Counted from the first letter of the stretch, positions 38,339 to 53,291 are shown. The stretch is 64,000 nucleotides of DNA from the human T2T-CHM13v2.0 reference genome, Homo sapiens (GCF_009914755.1 NC_060940.1), one strand, 5' to 3'. Numbers and translations are program-made. The notes: generated by a model not told the origin, from the letters alone.

Positions 38339-41066
38339 TTATGGCACACTTTGTTTATTCATCCATCCACTGAAGGACATTTAGGTGTTTTTTGTAACTT
38401 GGCTATTGTGAATAATGCTGCAGTGAACACTGGGTTGAAGATATCTCTTTGTGATCCTGATTTCCATTTCTTTGGATATGTATACCCAGAAGTGGAATTG
38501 CTGGGTCATACAGTATTTCCACTTTAATTTTTTTTAGAAATTCCATACTGGTTCCCATGTCGTTACTAATTTACATTTCTATCAACAGTGTATAAAGTTC
38601 CTCTTTCTCCATGTCCTTGCCAACACTTGTTATCTTTTGTCTTGTTGACAATAACCATTCTAACAGATGTCAGGTGATAGCTCATTATGGTTTTAATTTA
38701 CATTTGTAGGATAATTAGATGTGTTGAGCACCTTTTCATATACCTGTTGGCCATATTAATTTTGCTTATTTGAGAAGTGTCTGTTTAGGTACTTTGCCCA
38801 TTTTTAAATTGGGATATTTGTATTTTTAGTATTAAGTTGTATGTTTTCCTTATGTATTTTGGATATTAACCCTGTATGAGATATATGGTTTGCAAATAAA
38901 TTTCCATTCTGCAGGTTGCCATTTCATTTTGTTGACTTTTTCCTTTCCTGTGCAGTATGGTACAGGCATAAAAACAGACACATAGGCAGACACAATTAAA
39001 CCACATAGAGAGCCCAGAAATAAATCCACACATATATAGTCAACTAACATCTTCAGCAAGGACACCAAGCATACAGTTGGGGGAAGAATAATCTCTTCAG
39101 TAAATGGTGTTTAAAAAACTCTATGTCAACCTGCAAAAGAATGAAATTGGACCCTTATCTTACACCATACACAAAAATCAACTCAAAATGAATCAAAGCT
39201 TTAGATGTAAGACCTGAAACTCTAAAACTCCTAGAAGAAAACATAAGGTAAATACTCCTTGACATAGTCTTGGCAATGAATTTTTTTGGATGTGAAACCA
39301 AAGCACAAACAACAAAAGAAAAAATAAGTGGAAGGATATTAAATTAAAATTCTTTGGCACAGTGAAAGAAACAATCTACAAAGAACTCATTAAAACTCAA
39401 CAATAAGAAAATGAACATCCCGATTAAAAATTGGCAAAAGACCTGAACAGATATCTCACCAAGGAAGATATACAAATGGCAAATAAGCATTTGAAAAGAT
39501 GCTCAACATCATAAGTCATTGGAGAATTGCAAATTAAAACAACAATAAGATACCATGAAACACCAATTAGAATGGACAAAATTAAAAAACAACATGAATA
39601 ACATCAAATGCTCTTGGGGATGTTGGGCAACAGAAACTCTCTTTCTTTGCTGATAGGAATGCAAAATGATACAGCCACTTTGGAAGACATTTTGCTAGTG
39701 TCTTACAAATCTAAACATATTCTTAATATGTGATCCAGTAGTCATGCTCTTTAGTATTTACCCAAAAGAGCTAAGAGCTAAAAACTTATATCCACACCAA
39801 AACCTTCACATGGATGTTTATAGACCCTTTATTTATTATTTCCAAAACTTGAAAGCAACCAAGATGTACTTCAGTAGGTTAATAAAGTATAGTACATCCA
39901 GACAATGAAATATTATTCAGCACCAAAAAGAAATGAGCTATCAAGCCATGAAAATACACGGAGGAATCCTAAATGCACATTACTAAGTGAAAGAAACCAA
40001 TCTGAAAAGGCTGTGTACTTTAGGATTCCAACTATGTAAGATTCTGGAAAAGGTAAACTATGGAGACAGAAAAAACATTAGTGGTTTCCAGATCCTGGGG
40101 GGAGAAAGGGATGAATAGGCAGAGCACAGAGGATTTTTAAGGCAGTGAACTTACTCTTTATGATATTATAATGGTGGACACATGTCATTATGCATTTGCC
40201 AAAACCCACAGAATGTACATCACCAAGAGAAAACCATAATGAAAACTATAAACTTTGGATGATAATAATATGTCAGTGTGGGTTATTTGATTGTGACAAT
40301 GTATCATTTTGGTGCCGGATTTTGACAGCGTGTAAGACTGTTTGTATGTATGATGACAGAGAGTACATGATAAATCTCTGTATCTTCCACTTAATTTTGT
40401 TGTGAATCTAAAACTTCTCTTAAAAGATCTCTTTTAAAACATTGGCCATTGGTCTATATATCTGTTTTGGTACCAGTACCATGCTGTTTTGGTTACTGTA
40501 GCCTTGTGGTATAGTTTGAAGTCAGGTAGCATGATGCCTCCAGCTTTGTTCTTTTGGCTTAGGATTGTCTTGGCTATATGGGCTCTTTTTTGGTTCCATA
40601 TGAAATTTAGTGTTTTCTAATTCTGTAAAGAAAGTCAGTGGTAGCTTGATGGGGATAGCATTGAATCTATAAATTACTTTGGGCAGTATGGCCGTTTTCA
40701 ATATATTGATTCTTCCTATCCATGAGCATGGAATGTTTTTCCATTTGTTTGTGTCCTCTCTTATTTCCTTGAACAGTGGTTTGTAGTTCTAATTGAAGAG
40801 GTCCTACACATCCCTTGTAAGTTGTATTCATAGGTATTTTATTCTCTTTTTAGCAATAGTGAATGAGAGTTCACTCATGATTTGGCTCTCTGTTTGTCTA
40901 TTATTGGTGTGTAGGAATGCTTGTGATTTTGGCACATTGATTTTGTATCCTGAGACTTTGCTGAAGTTGCTTATCAGCATAAGGAGTTTTTGGGCTGAGA
41001 CAATGGGGTTTTCTAAATATACAATCATGTTATCTGCAAACAGAGGCAATTTCACTTCCTCTCTTC

Positions 41067-42251
41067 TTATTTCAATACTATTTCTTTCTCTTGCCTAATT
41101 GCCCTGGCCAGTACTTCCAATACCATGTTGAATAGGAGTGATGAGAGAGGACATCCTTGTCTTGTGCCGGTTTTCAAAGGGAACGCTTCCAGTTTTTGCC
41201 CATTCAGTATAATATTGGCTGTGGGTTTGTCATAAATAGCTCTTATTATTTTGAGATATATTCCATCAATACCTTGTTTATTGAGAGTTTTTAGCATGAA
41301 TGGGTGCTGAATTTTATCGAAGGCCTTTTCTGCATCTATTGAGATAACCAGGTGGTTTTCGTCATTGGTTCTGTTTATGTGATAGATTATGTTTATTGAT
41401 TTGCATATGTTGAACCAGTGTTGCATCCCAGGGATGAAGCCAACTTGATTGTGATGGATAAGCTTTCTGACGTGCTGCTGGATTTGGTTTGCCAGTATTT
41501 TATTGAGGATTTTTGCATTGATGTTCATCAGGGATAATGGCTTGAAATTTTCTTTTTTTGTTGTGTCTCTGCCAGGTTTTGGTATCACGATGATGCTGGC
41601 CCCATAAAATGAGTTAGGGAGGATTCCCTCTTTTTCTATTGTTTGGAATAGTTTCCGAAGGAATGGTACCAGCTCCTCTTTGTACCTCTGGTAGAATTCG
41701 GTGGTGAATCCATCTGGTCCTGGGCTTTTTTTGTTTGGTAGATTATTAATTACTGCCTCAATTTCAAAACTTGTTATTGTTCTATTCAGGGATTTGACTT
41801 CTTCCTGGTTTAGATTTGGGAGGGTGTATGTGTCCAGGAATTTATCCATTTCTTCTAGATTTTCTAGTTTATTTGCATAGAGGTTTTTATAGTATTCTCT
41901 GATGGTAGTTTGTATTTCTGTGGGATCGGCTGGGAGATTCCCTTTATCATTTTTTATTGTGTCTATTTGATTCTTCTCTCTTTTCTTCTTTATTAGTCTG
42001 GCTAGTGGTCTATATATTTTGTTGATCTTTTCAAAAAACCGACTCCTGGATTCACTGATTTTTTGAAGGGTTTTTTGTGTCTCTGTCTCCTTCAGTTCTG
42101 CTCTGATCTTAGTTATTTTTTGCCTTCTGCTAGCTTTTGAATGTGTTTGCTCTTGCTTCTCTAGTTCTTTTAATTCTGATGTTAGGGTGTCAATTTTAGA
42201 TCTTTCGTACTTTCTGTTGTGGGCATTTAGAGGCCTCAGAAATAACACCAT
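41067..42251 (-). pseudogene. L1 ORF2p fragment (post-endonuclease linker, Z domain, RT N-terminus), 394 aa open
   Basis: [43 protein letters not shown]; breaks before FADD, which is in the adjacent ORF 40828-41055. Confidence 0.95.
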
Positions 42252-42272
42252 ACATCTACAACCATATGATCT

Positions 42273-42953
42273 TTGACAAACCTGACAAAAACAAGCAATG
42301 GGGGAAGGGATTCCCTATTTAATAAATGGTGCTGGGAAAACTGGCTAGCCATATGCAGAAAACTGAAACTGGATCTCTTCCTTACACTTTATACAAAAAT
42401 TAACTCAAGATGGATTAAAGACTTAAGCATAAGACCTAAAACCATAAAAACCCTAAAAGAAAACCTAGGAAATACCATTCAGGACACAGGCATGGGCAAA
42501 GACTTCATGACTAACACACCAAAAGCAATGGCAACAAAAGCCAAAATTGACAAATGGGATCTAATTAAACTAAAGAGCTTCCACACAGCAAAAGAAACTA
42601 TGATCAGAGTGAACAGGCAGCCTACAGAATGGGGGAAAATTTTTGCAATCTATCCATCTGACAAAGGACTAATATTCAGAATCTACAAAGAGCTTAAACA
42701 AATTTACAAGAAAAAAACCAACCCCATCAAAAAGTGGGCAAAGGACATGAACAGACACTTCTCAAAAGAAGACATTTATGCAGCCAACAAAATGAAAAAA
42801 AGCTCATCATCACTGGTAATTAGAGAAATGCAAATCAAAACCACAATGAGATACCATCTCACACCAGTTAGAATGGCAGTCATTAAAATGTCAGGAAATA
42901 ACAGATGCTGGAGAGGATGTGGAGAAATACGAACACTTTTACATTGTTGGTAG
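42273..42953 (+). pseudogene. L1 ORF2p C-terminal fragment
   Basis: [34 protein letters not shown]. Confidence 0.95.
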
Positions 42954-44149
42954 GAGTGTAAATTAGTTCAACCATTGTGGAAGACAGTGTGGCAATTCCT
43001 CAGGGATCTAGAACGAAAAATACCATTTGACCCAAAAATCCTATTACTATTCTACTATAAAGACACATGCACACGTATGTTTACTGTGGCACTGTTCACA
43101 GTAGCAAAGACTTGGAACCAACCCAAATGCTCATCAATGATAGACTGGATAAAGAAAATGTAGCACGTATACACCATGGAATACTATGTAGCCATAAAAA
43201 GATGAGTTCATGTCCTTTGCAAGGACATGGATGAAGCTGGAAACCATCATTCTCAGCAAACTAATACAAGAGTAGAAAACCAAACACTACGTGTTCTCAC
43301 TCATAGGTGGGAGTTGAACAATGAGAACACATGGACATGGGGAGGCGAACATCACACACCAGGGCCTTTCAGGGGTTAGGGGGCTCGGGGAGGGATAACA
43401 TTAGGAGAAATATCCAATATAGATGATGGGTTGATGGTGCAGCAAACCACCGTGGCACGTGTATACCTATGTAACAAACCTGCACGTTTTGCGTATGTAT
43501 CCCAGAACTTGAAGTATAATAAATTAAAAAAAATCGTGGAATAAATTTACTAGAATTCTAAAAACAAAACAAAACAAAACAGTGACCAATGCACTTTAGG
43601 AAGAAACATTTTCTGATATAACTTTAAGATTGCTTTTTTCCATTCCATGTTCTAAACTCCCTCCATTATTTGAAAAACTTACAATAAAGTTAGAAAACTC
43701 ATAAGAGATTGACTCATGTCTGTTGTGCTTGGGAAATAAACCACAGGATCCATGTGTATGTTAGATGCATGGTGGTGCAAAGAGAGAAAAGTGGTTGCAG
43801 GAATTTGGGGAAAAATCTAATCAAAGATAAATCTCTACTATAATTTGATAAAATACAAAATAGACTATAACTGGGAAGATAATGAGTTTCTCTAACCATA
43901 GCCTGGGTGTATAAGACTGTCTTGCAGCTAATTGAGATTAGATCTTAGGCTATTAGAGATCTAGAGGTAAAAAGCCTTAATATTATAAGAGTGTACTGAG
44001 CCTACCACATGGAGCTAAAATCTCACATACACAGCATAAGGAAGGTTGAATAGAAACATCAAAAAGTCTCGATTTTCATATATTTAAAAAATTTTATTTT
44101 TCACTTAATCTTCAATGAATTGTTTTTAAAATCATGATATGGAATTTTA

Positions 44150-47100
44150 AGCTGCCTTTTCACAATGTTTTATTGATGCATATCATGTACAGAAAAAAAT
44201 GCACACTTCATAATGGTGCAGGTTGATGTACAGTCACAGACCAAATCCATTTATATTGCCAGCATCCACATCAAGAAACAAACATTACCAACATTCTGGA
44301 AGGCCCCACTATGACTCCTCATAGGCACTAAACCTCAGTGACAACTAACCACTATTTAGTTTCTAAGAGCAGAGATTCATTTTGCCAGTTTTTGTCCTTT
44401 GTATAACTGGAAACATAGGGTATATGTTGTTTTGTGTCTGCCTTCTTTTGCTCAACGTTACATTTATGATATTTATCTATTTATTTATCTGTGTTAATGT
44501 ATTATTGCCTTGTGGTGTTTTACCTGTTAAATGGCACAGTTTACAAATCCATTAGCATTTAGATAGTTCATAATTTAGGAGTACTATGAAAAGTGATAAC
44601 AAATATTCTAGCGCATGTCTTCTGGTGAACAAATATACACATTTCTGTGATATTATACATAGGAGTGGACTTGATACGTAATTTAGGTTTGCTTATGTTC
44701 ACTGTTAGTCCGTATCACCAGCAGTCATTGATGGCATCAGTTTATCCTCTCAGAGCTGTGTATGGCAGTTTAAGTTTCTTCATAATCTTGCCAACACTTT
44801 TTTTCCTTACCGAAGTAAATTTGGTAGACATGTAGATGTAATATATTGCGATCTTAATTTGCATTTACCTGATGACTGATGAAGTTGAAGATTTCCGTGT
44901 TTACTGGCCATTTAAAACTGTACAGCCATGTCATTTTGTCTATTTTTTTGTCTTTTATTGTTTTTAGGAATTCTGCATATATTTTTATGAAGCAGGTTAT
45001 GCACTGGTTAACAACTTGTTGGAAGCTGGTGAGAGAGAACACCCACACACATAAGTTATATAAAAAGTGATTATTATTTACAGATAGCAAGAAACAAAAG
45101 AAGCCTAGGTTTCATTGCAGGTCAGTCCCTGAAGGCTCTGGAAAGCTGCACATGGCAGATAGAGTCTCACTGCACATGCCCCATCTGTACCACAGCTGAA
45201 AGACCCTGAAAAGCAGCCTGCCCGGGGTTTTACACCTCAGGAGAAACTGGGCACAGTGGGCGAAAGTGTTAGAGAACATCCTATTCTAGGGGGAAGCTGG
45301 AACAAAGCCTGGGTTGTTCCAGCCAGTTCCCTCTTATCTCAGGATATTGCATTCCCAGCAAAAACTGTACAGTTAATTTTGAGATCTGCAAATGAGAAAG
45401 TGGGGAGAACCAGGTCAGTCCAAGGCCACCCAAATAATTTTCCAGCAATTCTAAACACATCTTTTCTCAGATGGGTTTATAGTAAATATTTTATCACACT
45501 CTTTGACTTGCCTTTTCATTCTCTTAATGGTGTCTTTATATGAATGGCTCTTAATTTAGACATTGCCCAATTAATACATTTTTTCTTAAATGGTTTTTGA
45601 CTTAGTTAAGAAGTATTTACTTCTTCTTGGTCATAGAAGTATTCTTCCAGGTATCCCTGTAAAAGCTTTTTTTGATTACCTTTCATATTTTGCTTTGCAA
45701 ACTACCAGAAGTTGATTTTTGTGTATACGATACACAATAAGATATAGGTAAATATAAATTGTTTATTTTCAACACAGTGATCCACTAAACCCAGAGGTAT
45801 TTGTTGAAAACCTCCTCCTTTTGCTTATAGAGTTTTGATTACTTTCAATGTTCAGTTGTCTAGTCTTGCCTAAATGCTACATCAAAATTACTGTAGCTTT
45901 TTACTAGGTTTTTATTATGGCATCACAATATGGTATGGATTTATCATCATGTGTTTAACCATTCATTCACCCATTGAAGGATATGTGAGTAAGCTGTTTC
46001 AATTTTTGGGCTAGTACAAATAAAATTACTACCAATAGTCATGTACACAGTTTTGTGTGAACATAAGGTTTCATTTCTGTGGGTTAAATGCCCAGAAGTA
46101 AACTCACTGGGTCATATTGTAGTCCCATATTTAGTTTTTGAAAAAAATTCCAAATTGTTTTACCAAGTGGCTGTCACATTTTACATCCAACTGACAATAA
46201 ATGAGTGAGCCGCTTTCTTTAAATCCCCGTAATATATAGCATTATCACTATTTTCATTTTAGATATTATGAAAGGTATTTAGTGATACCTCATTGTTATT
46301 TAATTGGTGTCGAACATCTTTTCAGGTATTGCTCTTTGTATATTCTCTTTGGTTAAATGTTTCTTTGTGGGATTTTTTTTTTTTTGCTCATTTTCTAATT
46401 AGAGTTTTTTTTATTACTGTTGAGTTTTGAGAGTTCTTTATATATTTTAGAAAATAGTCTTCTGTTGTATATATGGTTTACAAATTTTTCCTCCAGCTTT
46501 GTCGTTTGCCTCATAATCTACTTAACAGAGACTTCCTTAGAGCAAAGTTTTGAATTTTGATAAAGTCAAAGGTATTTTTTCTATTCATGAATAGGGCTTT
46601 TGGAGTCAAATATGAGAACTCTTTGCCTTGCCATAGATACTGAAGATTTTATCCTGTTTATTTCTAAAATATTATAGTTCACATTTTACATTAGAGTCTG
46701 TGATCCATTTTTCTTATGATGTGTGAGACTTAGGTCAGTGTTCATTTTTTTTGCCTAATGATAGTCAATTGTTCTAGTACCATTTGTTGAAAGACTGTCT
46801 TTCCTTTATCAAATTGCATTTGCACTTATGTGAAATATCATTTGAAATTTTGTGTGGGTCTGTTTCTGGATTCTGGATTCTGTCTCACTGATCCATGTAT
46901 CTACCCTCCCACGAATACCACACACTCTTGATTGCTGTAGCTGTATGATAATCCTTGATTGTGGATAGACTGATTCCTTCTACCTTAGTTTTACTTTTAA
47001 AAATTGTTTTCATTATTCTAATTCTTTTGAATTAATATATACATTTTAGAATAATCTTGCCTATATCTACAAAAGTATCTTGCTAGAATCTTGATAGAAA

Positions 47101-47410
47101 TTGGATTAAACCTATGTATCATTTAGGGGATAATCGATGTATTTACTATATTGAATCTTCCAATCCAGGGACTTAATATGTCTCTCCATTTATTGATTTT
47201 ATTTTTTATTTCTTTCATTAGCATTTTTTTTAGTTTTCAGCATTCAAGTGTTGTACATGTTTTGTTAGATTTGCGCTTAAATATTTCATCTTTGAGCTAA
47301 CGTAAATAGTATTGTATTTTTAATTTTGGTGTCTACATGTTCATTACTAGGATATGGAAAAGCAATTTTCATCTTGTAGACTGCTACCTTGATGAACTTA
47401 CTAGCTTTGA
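44150..47410 (-). mobile_element. Nested old L1M (MC/ME) antisense fragments
   Basis: Multiple antisense L1 3'UTR/ORF2 motifs (ttgttctagtaccatttgttgaaagac, tattgaatcttccaatcc). Confidence 0.75.
44998..45446. mobile_element. Solo LTR inserted in L1M (family uncertain)
   Basis: More GC-rich ~450-bp block ending ...tccagca that interrupts L1 sequence. Confidence 0.5.
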
Positions 47411-47429
47411 GAGACTGTTTTATATTTCC

Positions 47430-48965
47430 TGCAAAAAAGTGGACACTTCAAAAGGTCTTCCTATAAAGACCCTTCAAAAGTAAACAAAACTCCTGAATGG
47501 CTCTCCAACAAGTAAAAAAAATAAATTTGTAATTAAAAGCCTCCACATACAAAAAAAAACTCTGGATGAGGAGGGTTTATTAGATAATTCATTTAAGAAA
47601 GAAACGTTTAAGGAAGAAAGACTAGCAACTCTTTACTCCAACTACTTCAGAAAATAGAGAAAGCAGTAATAATTTCAATCTGATTTTATGAAGCCAGAAA
47701 TACCTGATAAAGACATTAAAGAAAAATAAAACTCTTGAACAGTGTCTTTCAGGGGCGGGTGAATAAATGTCCTTAACAAACTATGAACAAAACAAATTCA
47801 TCCATGTATTAAAAGGGAATACACAATGACTAAGTGCAGAATATTCCATAAATGCAAAGCTGATTTAACATCCAAACATATTTTAATGTAGTTCATTATA
47901 TAACTGGAACAAAGATAAAGATTCATATCATGATCTCAACAGATGCAGAAAATTCATTTGAAATAATTCAACACCTGTACATAATAAAATGTCTGAGCAA
48001 ATTAGAAATGGAAGGTATGGTAGCTTTGTAATATGTCACTTTGACTAGAGACCAATAATTTTTCCCCGCATTCTCTTTCCTCTATTTTTCCAGTAACATT
48101 GGGCCCAGAAGAGATATAATGTGCGTAAAGTTTGGAGGTCGGGGTGAATAAGTCATCATGTTTCACTTGTGCTAGGAAGGTAGGAGCAGGCACTTTCACA
48201 GCTGATACAACTCGTTGCTCTATTGACTCACATCATCTAAGTAGGACAGCAGCAAGACCAGCAATGGCAGTACCTTCTGCTGACTCTTCCTTCAAGTTCA
48301 TTGACTTTTGGGCCAGGTGTGTGTTTAGCTTTGCAATTGCTATTGCTTTGCTATTGTATGAAAGATATTGAATGAAGGACATCAGCTTCTCCTGCAAGAC
48401 ACCCACATCATTAAGATTGAGAAAAATGAAAACCAACATAGGTTTCTTCCTTCCTCATAGGTTCCAGCTCGTGTTTATGGGTTACAGCTTATCCATGATA
48501 ACTCTATTCACCTTTCCTCTTTCACTGCCTATTCCTTTGAGTTCAATCTCAACCATCACATACAAAGACAGAGACTCTTAGTCATCCTCCACAATTGCGT
48601 AAGGTCAGGTACCTGAGATAGACAGATGATAGATATACAGATAGATAACTTACAGCTAACTTCATGCTTAATGCTGAAAGACTGCTATTTCCCTCTAAAT
48701 TCAAGAATAAGACAAAATGCTTACTCTTATAACTTCTATTCAGTATTGTTCTAGAAATTCTAGGCAAATAAATAAGACTAAAGAAATAAAAGGAATACTG
48801 ATTGGAAATGAAGATATAAAAGTATTTATAATCATAAATGCCATGATCAGCTATGTAGAAATTCCTAAAAAATCTAAATAAAAAGCTACCAGAACAAATA
48901 AATGAGTTTAACAAATGTATAGGATTTAAACAAAACAAGAAAGAGTACATTAAATATATATGACT
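47430..48965 (+). mobile_element. Old L1M ORF2 (RT region) split by an LTR
   Basis: gatctcaacagatgcagaaaattcatttga...tacagctaacttcatgcttaatgctgaaagactg. Confidence 0.75.
48016..48645 (+). mobile_element. LTR33/LTR41-like ERVL LTR
   Basis: Starts tatggtagctttgtaatatgtcactttgactag...ttccccgcattctctttcc, resembling the LTR33/41 5' end. Confidence 0.6.
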
Positions 48966-49249
48966 CTTGAATTCTAGAAAATACAAATCTAATCCATCTT
49001 GGCAGAGCACATTTGTGGTTGCATGAGGCTGGACCTTGTATAAGTTTGATTGGCAAGGATCACAACAGTATATATACTCACACAGTTACACACAGAGCTG
49101 GATTTCTTTAAATTGAGTTTTTTTACGTGATATGAGGTTGAATAGGTCATTTGATGTCTTTGGACAAAGGTTTAAATTTGAAAAAGAAGAATTTTATTGA
49201 TGTAATTTCCATATAGCTTGGGATCTCATTTAGGGACAGCAAGATCTAT

Positions 49250-49454
49250 AGGGCTGTCCAACAGGACCTTCTGTGAAAATGTAAATGTCTATACCTGCAC
49301 TGTTCAATACGGTAGCCACAAGGGACATGTGACAATTTTACCCTTGTAAGGTGGTCTCTACAACTGAACAATTATATTTAGCATTATTTACTTGGAATTA
49401 GTTTAAATTTAAATAGCTATATGCAACTGGTGGCTAATATATTGGACAGTCTAG
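49250..49454 (+). mobile_element. MER3 (hAT-Charlie)
   Basis: gctgtccaacag...ctgcactgttcaatacggtagccac...gtggctaatatattggacag; TIR-like ends. Confidence 0.8.
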
Positions 49455-49880
49455 AACTTTAGTTCCTTGCATCTGAATCTTCCGTTCTATGAGTTTACAG
49501 CTGTACCCAGAAATAAAGTCAACTCCTAAAATAAGTACCTCAAAATTTTATGTGCAACTTGAGTTAACAGTCTGTGATACAGTGTGAATTATAGAAGACA
49601 CAATGCAATGGTAGGGATAGAATGCAAAATGTGTTTACCAGAAATACGCTGTTCTAATGGGTATGTGTTTAATTTCTGACTCTGGTATATGTCAGCACAC
49701 ATACAACTGGCTAGTAAGATAAATGTTACCAAGTGTATTCTGTGAAGGAGTAAAAACTACTTCGATGCAATTTAAATGGTGATCAGTGCAAGTAAACAAG
49801 AACAATGGTATTAAATTGTTTTCAGAGAACCAAAATACAGCTTGCATTTGGAGAACACCACTAATTTAGCTTAATGCCAG

Positions 49881-50228
49881 TTTTTCTTTTTTTAGTGATT
49901 TCAATATTTATTTTAGATACGGAGGTACATTGACAGGTTTGTTGCATGGGTATATTACATGATGCTGAGGTTTAGGGTACAGATCTTGTTACTCAGGTAC
50001 TGAGTATAGTACCCAATAGGTGGTTTTTCAGCCCATGCCCCACTCCCTCCCACCTGCTTCTAGTCCACAGTGTTTATTGCTGTCATCTTGATGTCCATGA
50101 GTACCCACCGTTTAGCTCCCATTTATAAGTGAGAACATGAGGTATTTGGTTTGCTGTTTCTGTGTTAATTAACTTAGGATTATGGCCCCCAGATTCATCC
50201 ATGTTGCTGCAAGGGACACGATTTCATG
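49881..50228 (-). mobile_element. L1PA13-16 3' end
   Basis: tttagctcccatttataagtgagaacatgaggtatttggttt...catccatgttgctgcaa. Confidence 0.88.
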
Positions 50229-52834
50229 AAATTACTTGTTTCTGAAAGTTGGTTTGTTAATAATTTTTCCCCACAAATTTGCTCATTTTATACAATGTTT
50301 AAAGATGTACACAGTATTCTTAAAAGTGATTGTAAATTTTCAAATAGATATTCCTACAAGAAACAATGTTGGAAAATAATATTCTGCTTTTTCTCAAAGT
50401 GTGAAATCAAGACCTGAGTACAAGTAATTAATTGATTTAACTTTAACATGCCTATAAATATTCAGCTTTTAAGTAGAGGGAACAATGATAACACAGGAGT
50501 CCCTGGAATAACTTGCAGTGTTTTACTACCATTTTTTATCTGATTCATCCTTAAGAAATGTCTATCATGTACAGAGGTCAAGTCAAAATTACACTTTTAC
50601 TGTGAAGGTAAGTCTTGACTCAAGGGATTTGTTACTTTGGAGAAAAATAAAGGTTCTATCTAAAAACCGTATTTAAATATATAGCTGTAGCTATCTAACC
50701 ATCAATATCTTTATTCTCTATATTGCATATTTCACATCTTTCAAAGTTCTTTGGGCACCCCTCTTGTGAAAGTAAATGTACACATCACATATGACATGTA
50801 ATAAATGAGTGATAGGTGTGGATAATATAATGTAAAACAGCATTTTGAACAGATTTTCCAAGGAACACAACTCTTTTGAGATTGTTACAGAACAGTCTCA
50901 TGTTCAAACAGAATGGGGAAAACCTGTCTACCTTCCCTTTGGAAGATGCATTGGTCCTATCTGCACACTAACACACCTGAACTCATATATGACAGTGGGA
51001 CTTGGATAATGTTGTCTAACCAAGTAGTTTACACATGTATTTGAACAAAGTACCCCTTTCCATTGAAACACTCATCAGCCTCCTTCAAAACCAATGGTCC
51101 CAGGAAGACAACTGGGGGCAAGCTATCATGGAAAAGCTCCACCTGTTTTCAAGTGGGATTATAACATTCATCTTAGTACTTATTTAAATTTAATCGATAT
51201 AACTTCTGTTGCTAACACGATTTTCCTTAGTTTACAGCAGCCTGACATTAGATGTTTCTTCCTATATTTAATCAAAATGGACTTCAATATAATACTCACT
51301 TATGTATTTTTCCTGTGAAATTTTCTCATATCATTTCTATGTATATAGACTTATGCATGTATAACATGACATATTATGTGTTAAAACATAGTATTTTGTA
51401 TTATTTATGGCTTTATTTTATAGATGAAAAGTTTCTATGCATTGTTAATTGGCTGAAGTTTCCTATCGACTGACAACAATGACAACAAACAAATGACAAA
51501 CTCTTCGAAAAGCCCCATCTTCAGGGACCTCTAATTTCTGACTGTCTGGTTAAAGTGCTTGGCTAAGCAAGATGAGCTCTCTAAGCTTCATTTTAACATG
51601 CAATAGAGTGAAAGAGGACAAATTAATTTATATCCTATCCTGTTTTAAAAAGAATCTTAGATATTTTCCAGAAATATATATTCATATTCTGTTATGTAAT
51701 ATATAATGAGAAATAATATGTATTTCTTGTAAATAAGAAAAAAATTAAATTGATAAAGGGAAAATAATAGTGAGAGATTTAACAAATAAAGGCAAGGCTG
51801 AGGAGGATTGCATAAGCGAGTTCTTAAAAATGTTGTTCCCTCCAATAGTCTTAGATTCTGTAGCTGGAAATGGGTGTGCAATTTACTTTATTTGAGTTAA
51901 GTGGCTCCGTTTTCTTGCTTTTCCAGTATAACATCTAGCAACTAGATAAATATGCTGTTAAAATGCATCTTTAAAGAAAATTATATCTGAATTTATTTAA
52001 ATCAGAAGGTATTTTAGAAGAATTGTTTACAGAACTCGAAGACTATTAAACACAACCGTAATATTTAGGAATTTACGTGTTTGAATATTAAATGTTTATT
52101 CCATACTGGTTATAAATTTATATGCACATTCAAATCTGTATATTATTAATATGTATTTTACTGAGTCTTCACTGCTTCATAATTATTCTGTTTTGCCAAA
52201 ATTATTCTTTTGAAACACAAATTTAAATAATTTCAGTATCTCTTATTTATAGCCTTATTCCTTCATTATATTGACTATTCATTTTAGAAATATTCTACTA
52301 AAGACGTTTTAGTCACATGAAGTTTTTCATGTTACTTGTTGCTTTTAAGCTTTATTATGTTTACTTAGAGGAAATATACTTCTTGACATTCTTTGTGTAT
52401 TTTTGAGCATCTCTTCATAATATTATATTAGAGCAAGAGTGGTAAATAAGACTCATCCTGTATGCATTTCTGGTTGGTATGGTAGTGGCTGCCTGGAGTG
52501 TGTGCTGGAATAGTAGGACATTTAGCATATTTGAAATGAGGAGTGTTATTAATTTTCAATGTCTACTATGGCTGCTGAATAGGGAAGTGTTCGCTCTTAT
52601 ACTAGCCTGTATTTCCTCCCTCTCCTCTAGTGTTCTAAAAATACTGTATTATCTACTCCATAGTGTTTTCTGTGTTTTGTTATTTTGTTTGGATTATATA
52701 TTCCATGATTAAACAATGAGAACAATCATGCACTTTCATGAATTTTTAACATTTCATTAAACAATATAGAAAGTAGGAATACCTAAGTAGTTATTCCAAG
52801 TTATCCTTTTTCAATAACAATAATAAAATGTATA

Positions 52835-52836
<2 letters not shown>

Positions 52837-52878
<42 letters not shown>
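52837..52878. repeat. (AT)21 microsatellite
   Basis: Uninterrupted AT run. Confidence 0.97.
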
Positions 52879-52885
<7 letters not shown>

Positions 52886-52898
52886 AATACATATATTA

Positions 52899-53291
<393 letters not shown>

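Larger units (their letters stand above)
40452..43580 (+). mobile_element. L1PA7-like element with 5' inversion (twin priming)
   Basis: Antisense ORF2 40452-42230, sense 3' part 42230-43533; TSD aaaacattggccattg (40436-40451) / aaaacagtgaccaatg (43576-43591), preceded by a TTTT/AAAA endonuclease site. Confidence 0.93.

Noticed and set aside
48002-48610. Cluster of 65-80 aa ORFs interrupting an L1; possible processed pseudogene
   Set aside because: The block begins with an LTR33/41-like terminus, has no poly(A) or TSD, and the peptides resemble no protein I recognise.
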